A DNA stretch of 63,982 nt, the filler included, from Collodictyon triciliatum (Eukaryota): NCBI GenBank assembly GCA_043381765.1. It is 5 parts of 5 records of this genome, joined end to end, with 100 filler letters (N's around TTAATTAATTAA, not from the genome) between each part and the next. Parts side by side here need not be neighbours in the genome. Positions count along the whole stretch, not along the records: positions 27,594 to 41,281 come from JBHJMP010001942.1; positions 41,382 to 55,065 come from JBHJMP010001943.1; 3 more parts are not named here. One strand, 5' to 3'. The position numbers were made by a program, and so were the translations under genes. The notes beneath the pieces are model-generated. The model searched no databases. It saw only the letters and a program-made list of their open reading frames with translations, and was not told the DNA's origin. The first letter of the stretch is position 1. Each line of letters begins with the position of its first letter. Shown here one piece after another: positions 31,911-49,700 of the stretch.

Positions 31911-34900
31911 AGGCGATGAGAATGGATTCATGTTCTCCCGTATCTCCTTTGAATATGAGCAAACTCCCTGGTAGAAAGGAGGCATGTCATATTTTAATGT
32001 AAATGTCAGTCTTGATAAAAAGAAAAGCGTAGATATGTTCATCGAGTGCATGCTTGTTATATTTTGAAGAATTTCTAATCAAATTCCGTTTCATTAGCAT
32101 GTGTTTGAAAATTATATCGTATTTGGTCTTTTATGTTACGATTAGGAATGGTCTGATTAAATTCTGAGGTGATATGTTATATTTGTACCTTTTTCTTATT
32201 AGCAAGGATTTCCCAGGCCTCTGCATGTGGGTCGCCTGCACACGCATCAACCAGCAAAGTCCACCCCAGACAGGCCGCGAGCTGGATATAAGTTGAGGGG
32301 TAAAATGAGCCATAAGTCGACCAGCATTTGTAGGATTTGTGCGATATAGCTCTATTTCTTTTCCAATTTTTATTCATTATTCAACATCAGGAAATATGAT
32401 AGGACGAATGGTCTGATAAAAAAAAAGCAAAAATTCAAACTCATCAATCGAGGGTGTAAAATGATGAAGAACAGCGCAGGAAAAACAAAACTATACCTGA
32501 CATCGTGTGGCCGGAGTCATACTCACAATAAGCAGGAAAGGGCGTATCAATCCAGCCTCTTGTGCCATTTTTCGATATAAAGAGCTTCTTGACATTTCCG
32601 CGGTAATTCTTTGCTTGTCTTCAAATTGGCAGGCGTATTGATCTGCCAAACACAATCATTTGATATATGGATATACAGGCTTGAGTATGGAAAAACCTAG
32701 CACGAGATACTCTCTGAGTTCTTGGGGCCATCTTACTTTTGATCGATTGGAGCTCCTCCCATGTCTTCACTTTACCCTCACATAGAGAACAGCTCATATC
32801 GAACCAACCGACTCCACCTCTCGCCATAGCCTCGCAATCTAAGAGAGAATATCGATATTAAAATAATATACATTGATATTATTTTGCACAAATTTTTATT
32901 CAAAATTTAAACACAATGCAGAAAAATAGCCTATACTATATCGACGTTTTTACTTTTGATAGATAGATAGATAATTTTAGTATAGACAAAGTAAAGCAGC
33001 TTGGCGTGTCAATTTATGGGAAACCCCACCAGTTGTAGAACACTTTATAGTGCTGGCTTGACAACCCTCGCATCGGTATGTGTCTCTTTGGACTTTGTTC
33101 TTTTGCTCTAAGCGATGTGTTGTTGGCTCGAAGCACCAGCTGCACCAGCTAGAAAAATAAATAAAAAAACAAAATATGTATTACTGATATTTGTTCCGAG
33201 AAAAAAACTGATAATGCGCTATCCTAGTCTATCTATTTGAGAGACGATTCGATATTCAATATGTTGTCGCTTATGTTTCGGATTGCCTCGTGCAAAATTT
33301 AAATTCAGCAAAAAAAAAAAAAAAAATCTAATGAAAGAGGAAACAACGAGGCAGCGAAGAAGTAGTATAAAAGCAAAATAAAATATAGATGATACGATAT
33401 AAAGAAGGCAGACGTACCGAAACGAGAGAGCAACTTTAGCTGAGCTTTTTGCATCTTCCCAACTCTCGATAAGATTGCTACATAAGGAGCACGATATGTC
33501 GTTGGATGATTGGTGACTTCGGCTGAATGAAGATTGGCATCGTAAACAAAGTGCTGTCTGTTGACCACAACCCTTCAAGTTTATTTTTTTTTTTTATTTT
33601 TTTATAGGTAAAATGGTTTTTAAAATCTGGAAATACTCAAAATCAACATGACATATCATTTTGTTTAAAAATATAAAAATTTCTTTATCCGGATCTCCCC
33701 AAAATAATCGGGAGGATTAAAGAAAAGGTATAATAAAAAGAAAAAGTTAAAAGTGCCTTTAAAATATCAAGATATGACAGTGGATCTAAACCTGGCATTG
33801 TAGAATATTTCTACCAACAATATTGCGTTCAAGAATTTTTTGTTGGCATTTATCGAAGCACCACGAGCAATAACCCTACAAAAAAAAATATGTAACTGAA
33901 GTTAAGAGCGAAATTAGTGCGACATATAAATGTTATTATCATTTATTCAGAAACATGGTATGCATGCCCCACAATAAGTTATGAAAGGCAAGGTCGGACG
34001 TTGAAAAGATTTTGTCATTATGGAGGAACTTCTGTGGTTACCTCAAGCAGATCTGATGCTGGAAAGGTTCCCCAGGTGGTGATGATTTTCGAACATCTTT
34101 TCGTCATATATATATAGATTATTATGAATGAAATATTAAAAACTGCGTGAACGGACGATGTTTCATTGAAATTACTTTGCACAAAGCTTGTCTGATGTTC
34201 CATTCGGCCGAGACCGAGCCATCTCTTTGCAAGCCACACACTTGACGGTTAAGCAGAAGCAGTGAAGACATTGGCATAGGTTTCTGGAAACCCAGTTCCT
34301 TTTGATTGATTCATGCTCGGTTCTGAGAATCATATGTGAGAATGTTTTGATAAGCGTTCGAATAAAAAAAAGCATAATTAAGGCCAACAAAAGATTATTT
34401 TACTAGAGGTCAAGACCTTGTATAGCACCAGCTGCACCATAATAAACCATCTGGCATGTCCCCCTCACCTTCGCCAGCTTCAGGCACAAGTGCAGCCTCA
34501 TCGGCAGCATTCTCTTCAGTGGCGAAACTCCTAGATATGCGAGTGAAACTCCACAGCGAACCTGCCGAGGTTTCTACTCCGTTAAAAAGAACAAACTGTC
34601 AACATAGAACAATAACGATAGAAAATAAAATACGAGTGGCATCATTGTAGCGAGCTTCAAAAAGGTATCCGCAAGAAACCGGCACATGAGCATATCTGCA
34701 ACAAATAAGAAACGAAGAAAAAGAAAAGAAGAAAAGAAAAAGAAAAGAAAAAGAAGAAGAAAAGAAAAGAAAATAAAAAGAAAAGAAAATAAAAAGAAAA
34801 GAAAGAAAAAAGAAATAGAAACAGAAACAGAAATGAAGAAATGAAGAAAAAAAGAAGAAAAAAAGAAGAGAAAGAGAAAAAGAAAAGAAAAAGAGAAAGA

Positions 34901-35204
34901 AAAAAAGAAATGAATAAGAAAAAGAAATGAAAAAGAAAAAGAAAAAGAGAAAGAGAAAGAGAAAGAGAAAGAGAAAGAGAAAGAGAAAGAGAAAGAGAAA
35001 GAGAAAGAGAAAGAGAAAGAGAAAGAGAAAGAAAAAGAGAAAGAGAAAGAGAAAGAGAAAGAGAAAGAGAAAGAGAAAGAGAAAGAGAAAGAGAAAGAGA
35101 AAGAGAAAGAGAAAAAAAAAAAGAAAAAGGAATATAAGAGAAAAGCAACCTTGGGCCACCAACAAAACTGGGCGGCTCTCTGCAGACTCTGCCTGGTCGC
35201 TCAT
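30339..35204 (-). CDS. Multi-exon protein: three tandem 8-Cys repeats followed by a YaaW/UPF0174-like domain
   Basis: Starts MSDQAES. Repeats begin WCSWC, YCSWC and WCSWC. Later exons read EIFSIEAEFLRRIAQLQWRSMTDKQRQ, and the last exon LGLVLTPLAILGWLVLATRTIKYALGPSHGRVFPVVVRLVQQR...RHE-TAA at 30339. Confidence 0.75.
34710..35130. repeat. Purine-rich (AAAGAG)n microsatellite in the first intron
   Basis: Direct reading. Confidence 0.9.
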
Positions 35205-35593
35205 GGTTGTCCCGGACTCCAGCTGACAATTATTCTATTTCCTTCCTTCTTTTATTTTGCTCTCTTGTTACTTTATCTTCTCTCTCCGCTTCCGCAAGCC
35301 CAGGACAAATGATTCCAAGAAGCAAAAGAAACTCGGTCGTGTTGGAAAAGAGCAGGATGGGCGCGGCATGGACTCTGCCGCAAACATCTCACCCAGCACA
35401 GCAACCTGTCAAACTCGCAAAGTCCGGGCAAGTGATGTGCTCAGAGGCACAAGGCCGCATTTATCTGCGGGTAGCAAACCGAATCACCGCAGCCACAGGC
35501 ATGAGCAATCACTCCTCTGCATCGCGTCACCTTTGTTGGTGCTTTAGCATGGCTTTTTTCTTCTTTTTATGACAAGAAGACATCGCAGCAAAA

Positions 35594-41281
<5,688 letters not shown>

Positions 41282-41381
41282 NNNNNNNNNNNNNNNNNNN
41301 NNNNNNNNNNNNNNNNNNNNNNNNNTTAATTAATTAANNNNNNNNNNNNNNNNNNNNNNNNNNNNNNNNNNNNNNNNNNNN
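41282..41381. other. Artificial contig linker
   Basis: N44-TTAATTAATTAA-N44. Confidence 0.97.
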
Positions 41382-41906
41382 ACCAAAACCCCGGTGTTGG
41401 GGGGCTGCCAGGAACAGCGCCTCCAACCCAACCTAACGGCTGATGCCATTATTTTTTGTTCCTTTTTTTTTTTTTACACAAACGCCGATGAAAACACACC
41501 ACCATCTGTACACCACCACTACCATCACAAAAAAAAAAACACACCCACCCACAACCCTTTCCAACCGGCATCCCACGAAAAAAAAAACATAAATCCAGAA
41601 CCCCACCAAATTCACTGATCCCACCCGAGCGCCACCAGCGTCACACCAACCAAATCCGATCACAAACAAAACCAAAGTCATCCGTCCACACAGCCGATCG
41701 CGCCATCATAAAAAGCAAAAAAAAAAAAAAAAAAACACAAAAGAAACAAAAACTCAAAAAGAAACACAAAACAAAACAAATAACACAAAAGAAAACACAA
41801 AAACAAAAAAAAAAAGGAAAAACAAAAGGAAACATAACCAAAAAAACACCCCCCTAAAGCAGAGACCAACCACCAACCCCACCGAAGCACAGAGAACCGC
41901 ACCGCC

Positions 41907-43136
41907 ATGGCGCAAGCAGACTCGAGCCCCAACAAAGTGCTGCGCAACATCCTCGTGCCTGTGGATGGCCACGCCGCGTCCTTCCGCGCGCTGCACCACG
42001 CGCTCTACATCGCACGCCACACGGGCCACGGGCAGGTGAGCGCGCTCTTTGTGGCGGAGACGGTGCCGCCGATGCTGCTGGACGACGCGGCGCTGGTGGC
42101 GTCTGTGCAGCCGGAGACCTTTGTGTCGCTGGGGGAGCGCGTGCTGCACCGCTGCGAGGAGGTTGCGCGCAAGGCGGAGGCGGAGGCGGAAGCGGAAGCA
42201 GAAGCAGAAGCAGGTGCGGAGAGCGGGACCCCGGGTACTGGGGCCGGGGCGCTGCGGACGGTGCTGAAGCAGGGGGACGCGGCGGAGGCGATCCTGCAGG
42301 CTGCGGGCAGCGGGGGCGCAGACGTGGTGGTGATGGGGACGCACGGGCGCAAGGGCTTCGAGCGGCTGCTGCTGGGCTCCGTGACCGAGACCGTGCTGCG
42401 TGCGGCGGCCGTGCCCATCCTCGCGCTGCGCTTCAACCCCGCCGCCCCGCACGCCGCCCCCGCCTACCGCCGCATCCTCGTGCCCTTCGACGGCTCCGCC
42501 CCCAGCGAGCACGCCCTCCGCTTCGTCGTCCCCTTCGCCCGCGCATTCGCCGCCTCCCTCACCCTCCTCCACATCGTCGACAACCGCCCGGGCCTCTTCG
42601 GCCGCACACCAAACACCGCAGACACAGACGCCGCCGCTCAGCGCGCCCTCGAGTGGGCCTCTGCCCAGTCCTCCCAGCTCGGCGTCCAGGCAAAGATCGT
42701 CCACATGGTGCCCTGCATTTATCTTTATATATATATATATACTTACATACATCATTATCATTATAATTATCATCATCATCCTCCTCATCATCATCATCAT
42801 CACCACCATCATCACCACCATCACCAATATCATCACCACCATCATCACCATCATCACCAATATCATCCTCATCATCACCATCATAATTGCTGACTACCCG
42901 CCCGGCCTGGATCGTCTGCCCAGGTCACTGCAAAGCACCCGGCTGAAGCCATCCATGAGATGGAGAAGGACCACGACCTCATCTGCATGGGCTCGCGTGG
43001 CCTCACCGGCGTCAAGCGCCTGCTGCTCGGCTCCGTGACTGAGGCTGTCCTCCGCATTGCGGACCATCCCGTCCTTGTTGTCCACCTCAACTCCCAGACC
43101 GAAGCTGATGTCACTGCCGATGCTGCTTCCGCTTAA
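41907..43136 (+). CDS. Tandem universal stress protein (2x UspA domain), two exons, 337 aa
   Basis: Exon 41907-42707 (RNILVPVDG..VVMGTHGRKGFERLLLGSVTE; YRRILVPFDGS) and exon 42924-43136 (DLICMGSRGLTGVKRLLLGSVTEAVLRIADHPVLVV), joined in frame by a GT-AG intron. Confidence 0.92.
42750..42886. repeat. (CAT/CAC)n microsatellite in the USP intron
   Basis: Direct reading. Confidence 0.9.
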
Positions 43137-43486
43137 GTCTTTTCTTCTGCTTTTCCAAAATCTTTGTCTTCTTTTTTTCTTTTTTCTCCTTTTTTTTTTT
43201 TTTCAGCTTGAAATGGCATTGGAGCGCGCTGTGCGATCTTTTCTTTTTTTCTTTCTGTTTCCTTTTCCTTTTTCTGGTTCTGTTTCTTCTGGGATGGGGA
43301 GTGTGCCATGTCGCGGCGTGCTTGCCTCGTTCTTGGGGTGGGCTTTGATACCATAAAGAAGGATCGGCAGAAAAATATAAAGGGGGTTTGGGGCGCTCTG
43401 TGCGTTCTGCGTGTTGGATCTTTGTTCCCTCGGCTTTGTTGGCTGTGTGTTCGCCTTTAATATTACTCTTGTCTTCATTTCTTTTT

Positions 43487-43558
<72 letters not shown>

Positions 43559-43754
43559 TCAATCAAACTATGGTGCATCGCGTTGCGAACGAGTTACGTT
43601 GGCGTGGGTGTCGAGTTTTTGTAAAGAGTTTTTGGCTTTCTGGAACAGAAAAGTTGTAAAGTCTTGGCCTTTTTTTTCTCTTCTTCCTCATTCCTTTGCT
43701 GTTTTTCACGTTCCTTTCTTTTATTATTTTTATTATTCTTATTTTTTAGAAGCA

Positions 43755-46700
43755 ATGATCAAGTTCAAGCGATTTGCGTGGCTACCAGAAAGTGTTGCCC
43801 AGCGATTCTCGTCAAACGGTGCGCTAAGGACTGAGGCTGCTCAGCAAGACTCGTTTTCTGCCTCTCCAGAGCCTATCGTCGGATTCTCTTTTATTTTATT
43901 TTATTTTACTTCTCTTTCTTTCTTTTTCTTTTTCTTTTTCTTTTTCTTTATCTTTATCTTTATCTTTATCTTTATCTCTTTCTTTTTCTCTGTCTTTTCT
44001 ATTTCTATTTCATAATTTGTAACATGCATTACTTTTATTACGCAACTGGCGCAGATTCACCAAAGTGAGTTTCAAGCACAGTCTCCGCTTCATCGAGGGT
44101 TTGCCATTTGTTACATTCAAAACAAGAAACTCAGTATTCGCGCCTAACTGAATTATTGCTTATCCTGTTTCAGTTAGAAGGAGAGAGAGCAAAATAATGA
44201 AATAATAATAATCCAGGAAAGAGTTGCTTACATATAATCCTCAAAAGATTCTCTGTCGAGTCAGGACTACAGGGAGACAGCGCCAGTCCAGACGAGATAC
44301 TTCTGGAGGACTCTGCGAAGTCTCCTTCAAAGCTAAATCGGTCAGCCACTTCACTTTCTTCCCAGATGCCAGAGTTACTGACGAGAGAAGGATACTTTGT
44401 TAATATTGTGGGAAGACAAACCGATGGTGTAGTCCTTTTAACAAGGGATTTGGTGCGAGCGGTATGAGTGTTTTCTCATCAGAATTAGTTATTTTTTGTT
44501 TAGTCTTTATGTTCTACTCGCCTTATTTTCGTTTCGAACGAGCAGTGTACCTTTTTGTTTTCTCCTTTCCCGTCCCCTTGCAATCCTCGTTATCTATTTT
44601 GAATCGTCTATTGCTCTCCATTATTCATCAACTTTTGATATAGAATGGCGAAAAATTTACTGTGTTGAGCTATTACAATATTCACACACAAGATTTCATG
44701 GATGTGGTGACACTCAAGGATCAGAAAATGATTGTGGGTGCCTCCATTTCACTAGAAAGAACTCTCGTTGGTATGGGTAGATATCGTTCATATCATCTAT
44801 GACCTATCTCATTCTTTGGGGTTTTCTCAATTTGGTCAACATACGAACGCTTTTTCGTGCATCTCATTTCGTTTTATTTTCGATAAAGAAACATCCGTTT
44901 TTTACATCGATTTAATGGTTCCTTACGAGGAAAATTGTTTTTTTTTCTTTTCTTCTGCAGCATTTACTGTTGCAAGAAAAGTATATTTTGAGAAGGATGG
45001 AATATGGTCCAGGAATATAGTACAATCACACTCTTCAAACATGCTGTCCACATGTATGCGTTGATTTGTTTGAATTTTTCTTTATCTATAACTTGAAGAA
45101 TGGAGTGTTCAAGAGATAATTATCATGTTTTGATTTAAGACTTGTTTTTTTTTTAGACATATACGATTCCTTTTTAGCTGAGGTGAATCCACAGGTGACT
45201 AATATTACGCTCAAGATAAAGATAAATAGGATTTAAATTGTTTTTGTTTTTGTCTTTGTTTTTGTCTTTGTTTTTGTATTTGTTGTTGTCTTTGTTTTTG
45301 TTTTTGTCTTTGTTTTTGTTTTTGTCTTTGTTTTTGTCTTTGTTTTTGTCTTTGTTTTTGTCTTTGTTTTTGTCTTTGTCTTTGTTTTTGTTTTTGTATT
45401 TGTTGTTGTCTTTGTTTTTGTTTTTGTTTTTGTTTTTGTTTTTGTCTTTGTTTTTGTCTTTGTTTTTGTCTTTGTTTTTGTCTTTGTCTTTGTTTTTGTT
45501 TTTGTCTTTGTTTTTGTCTTTGTTTTTGTCTTTGTTTTTGTCTTTGTTTTTGTCTTTGTTTTTGTTCTTGTTTTTGTTTTTGTCTTTGTTTTTGCATCAA
45601 TTTAATAATAGCAATATATAGAAGCTTTTTTTTTTAACAGTGATATAATTAATAAAATTCTCTTCGGTCAAATAATAGGGCTTCATTTTTTTGATTCCAA
45701 ATCTTACATCCAAAAATTTCGTTCGGCTGTTCGTAAGTGGTTATTTTATTTTTTATTTTGTTCGAGGCCATGAATTTTGTGGTACATAGCCCAGCAATCT
45801 GCCACAATTTTAAATTTATCTCCTGCTTGACTATTTATTATTTATCCCATTTATTAATTTACTTTCAAAATAACCTAGTTCTTGGACAAGGAGCCTTCTC
45901 GGTCACGTCAGTTACTCGCTATTGTCGATACCGAAAAAATTTTATTGTACAAAATTGATTCCCAGAATAAACATGGAGGCACTGGAATGGTGTTTTTTTT
46001 TTCTTCCAAGAGCAATTGTGTCCACATATATATGCTTCAGAGTTTCTCATTTTTCATTAAAAACTTTATTATTATTAGTTTTCGATTCACTTTCATTTCA
46101 ACATTTAAAATTTTATCATGAAAATTCTTTTAGAAGCTGCGTGCTCAACCGCACTTACAGACTGTTGTGATGAAAAATTTTATATGGTTCGAATGGGACT
46201 ACATGTACAATATCTTACATGTCATACAAAAGGATGATTCAGTATGGATATGATTTCTTTGATTACTCATTAGATAATTTATTGTGCTAAAGAATGGTTC
46301 AAAATGCCCTGCCTTTTACATTTATCTCTTTATTTAATTATTCCGTTAGGTTTCACTTTGTCTTCATTCTAAAAAAAAAAAAAAAACTTAAGGCAAAAGA
46401 TGCCATGGAATCGTCGCTTTGGACTTTTGATTTTGGTTGTCTGTCTTCTGATGATTATATTTCTCGGACTGCAATCAAAGTATATTTTCTTCTCTTGTTT
46501 TTATATTACATCGTTTTATTTTATTATTCTCCAGTTAATGAATCGAACTCATTTATATGAAGGGTGAAACAAATTTATGTATGACTTACCTTAAAAAAAA
46601 AAAAAGAGAAGTATTATAGTTTTTAAAAAAATCAATTATTTATAAATTTTCTCTTCTCAAGCTCGATGACCCTACACGGAGATGCATGGATCAGAATATA

Positions 46701-49700
46701 TTGCGAAATCAGGACATTCCATGCTTTTGGTCTAATGGGCTTACATCCCCACATGTATATATACGAATCGTGAAAATCAAACAAGTAATAGACATATCAT
46801 CACTTCTTCATGCCTGATTTTTCTTTGTATTCATATATTTATTTTGAAATTTTAAAAAGTGAATATTTTTTGTTTTTGTTTTTGTTTTTGTTTTTGTTTT
46901 TGTTTTTGTTTTTTTGTTTTTTTGTTTTTGTTTTTGTTTTTGTTTTTGTTTTTGTTTTTGTTTTTGTTTTTGTTTTTGTTTTTGTTTTTGTTTTTGTTTT
47001 TCAAATTTACCTTAAATCACGTGGTGCAACAGAAAGTTATATGCCTATGTCAACAAGATGTGGTCAACAATGGAGAGGGAGTACATCCATATCTCAGAAT
47101 AACCATCCATAACATCATTCTTCAACACATCGACCGTGGAGGTCGCAAGTATGTATTATGAGTCATGCTTGTATATATCAGGTCTTGCGTATAATGGCAG
47201 TAAAAAAAAAATGCTAATGTAAAAATTCTTTATGTTGGTGTGTTTTGAGAAAAGAATTTCTTTTCTTGTTTTACTAAAATATATGAAATTGTCTAGAACT
47301 CCAGGTCAATGCATGCATCGGATTGTTTTAAATATCAATCTTCCGAACTGTCCCGTGGAACACTTATGGAAACTCCAAGCATACTTTGCACCCATGGCAG
47401 AATTGCTTCTTATATACATTCCTGGCTATTACATTCAAGTATGCTAAATTAACTAAACATAGAAGTTGAATAACGTGTTTCTTTTATTTTGTTGCTTCGC
47501 GCCTGTGAATGTATTTTCAATTAAAATGTTTTTTTTATTTATTTAACTCTTTAGTTTATCGATTGTATCTCATCTCACGATGTGTGCGATTCATTTTCCT
47601 CGCAAGGTTCAGTCTTTACAGTGTTTTTATATTTGCTCATTGTGCTTCCCACTTACAAATCTACATATTGTGACATTCTATTACTTAACACCAAATCAAC
47701 ATATTTTTAATAAATATTCCAAATAGATATTGAATTTGCCACCCTGCTTCCCTATCAAGATGCAAACAATCCTCATGCGATGGTTCCATTCGATCGGATT
47801 TCTAAAAGAAGCCGAAGAAATCAACAGCCGCGAGATTTGAATTGTATTTTATTTTTTTATTTTGCTTTCATTTGATTCATGTGTCTTTTCTAAATAACGT
47901 ATATAATCTTGATTTTTATGATTCTTCTTTTAAGGCCTTTTTTATATTCTTTTAAAAAAACAAAAGATCAACGCCCTTTTCTTCTGAAACCTTGGTTAAT
48001 GCGATAAATAAATCACACTCATCGTCTAGCACATATTTTCCTTGATACTACAACTGGAGTTGTATACGAGCTATCACTTAGCTACAAGTTTTTGTTAAAT
48101 GCCTTCATAAACGGCCCGGAAGTGCTGCATCATATGGTTTTGTTTCAAATATTTTATGAGAATGAACAAATTAATTATTCTCATTCAATAATGTTTTATT
48201 TTATCGCTTACTCATATTTGTTTTTCCTCATAGATGATGCATATTATTGTTATGCACCTTCGCGATGTTGATTTTGCTCATCAGGTATGTACATTAATAT
48301 ATATGTTTCTTTTTCTTAACTTTTCTTCTTTTTCTTCTTTTTCTTCTTTTTCTTCTTTTTCTTCTTTTTCTTCTTTTTCTTCTTTTTCTTCTTTTTCTTC
48401 TTTTTCTTCTTTTTCTTTTTCTTNNNNNNNNNNNNNNNNNNNNNNNNNNNNNNNNNNNNNNNNNNNNNNNNNNNNNNNNNNNNNNNNNNNNNNNNNNNNN
48501 NNNNTTTTCTTCTTTTTTCTTCTTTTTTCTTCTTTTTTCTTCTTTTTTCTTCTTTTTTCTTCTTTTTTCTTCTTTTTTCTTCTTTTTTTCTTCTTTTTTC
48601 TTCTTCTTTTTCTTCTTCTTTTTCTTCTTCTTTTTCTTCTTTTTCTTCTTCTTTTTCTTCTTTTTCTTCTTTTTTCTTCTTTCTTCTTATTCCTTTTTGA
48701 CTATTTTCACTCGCATATTCCTCCGTTCAGTTCAAAATCATATGTTGTGCTGCATTAGATAATCATAAGGATGTGTGAGGTCCACCCACGCAATGTTACC
48801 ACTCTTCTCATCAAAGAATTTCTGCTTGGTATATCTCTCATTGATTGCGCACTCTACAAATATCCTAAAAAGAAATTGCAGGGCGAATAAAGAATAGCAG
48901 AATATACGATTCATAGTTGATGAAACCCTGAACATACGTAATACTGCCTCGTTTCTTTCATTACCTCTAGGCTCTACAGCGCATCGTCTCTCTTTGAAAT
49001 CAGAGCACGAGAAATTTTACTACCGCTTACTTCCTTGCACAACAATAATGCCATTATGCTTATTCGAGGACTCTCCGGTTTATTTTGCACACAGTGTTTT
49101 TAATTCCTTTTACACATGTATATGAGCCTACCATGACTGGGTTTTTCTGTAGGCGGATTGTGCTGACGGATTCTCTACTGCAATTTACGACCCTTTGACT
49201 GATGGGGGTTCCTTTACCATCCTGGCAAATGTATGGCTCGTTTCATGTTATTATGTGTCCTTGTCTTCCTCCTGTGCACTTACGTACCCATCTCAAATAA
49301 CAGTTGATTCACCCTGCTGTTTTGGACCGAGCAAGAAAGAAATCTTCAATACATTCAAAAGTAGTAACTATCGATATGTTTCGCACTCACTTGTTTTGCG
49401 GTTCATAGCTGTATCGATGTTTATATCTAAAATTGACGCAATTAGCTTCGAAGCTGTTTGATGGGCATGAATCAGCTCACGTCGCGGAGGGCGGATGTTG
49501 ATGTTGATGTAAGTGCTCGGGCATTACGCAACCGATTCATGAAGGGTGAAGAGCGCGAAGGTATGATATTTTCCATGTCTCATTTTTTTTTGTGGTATTT
49601 TCGGTTCGTTAAACATTTCTATGACTCAGTATTTTTATATTATTCCTATATTACCAATATCTGAATTTCATAGTTACTGTAATTTATTGTCAATAGCTCT

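Noticed and set aside
42708-42893. Poly-histidine tail on the USP ORF (possible metal-binding domain)
   Set aside because: It lies in a GT-AG intron whose removal restores the second Usp domain in frame.
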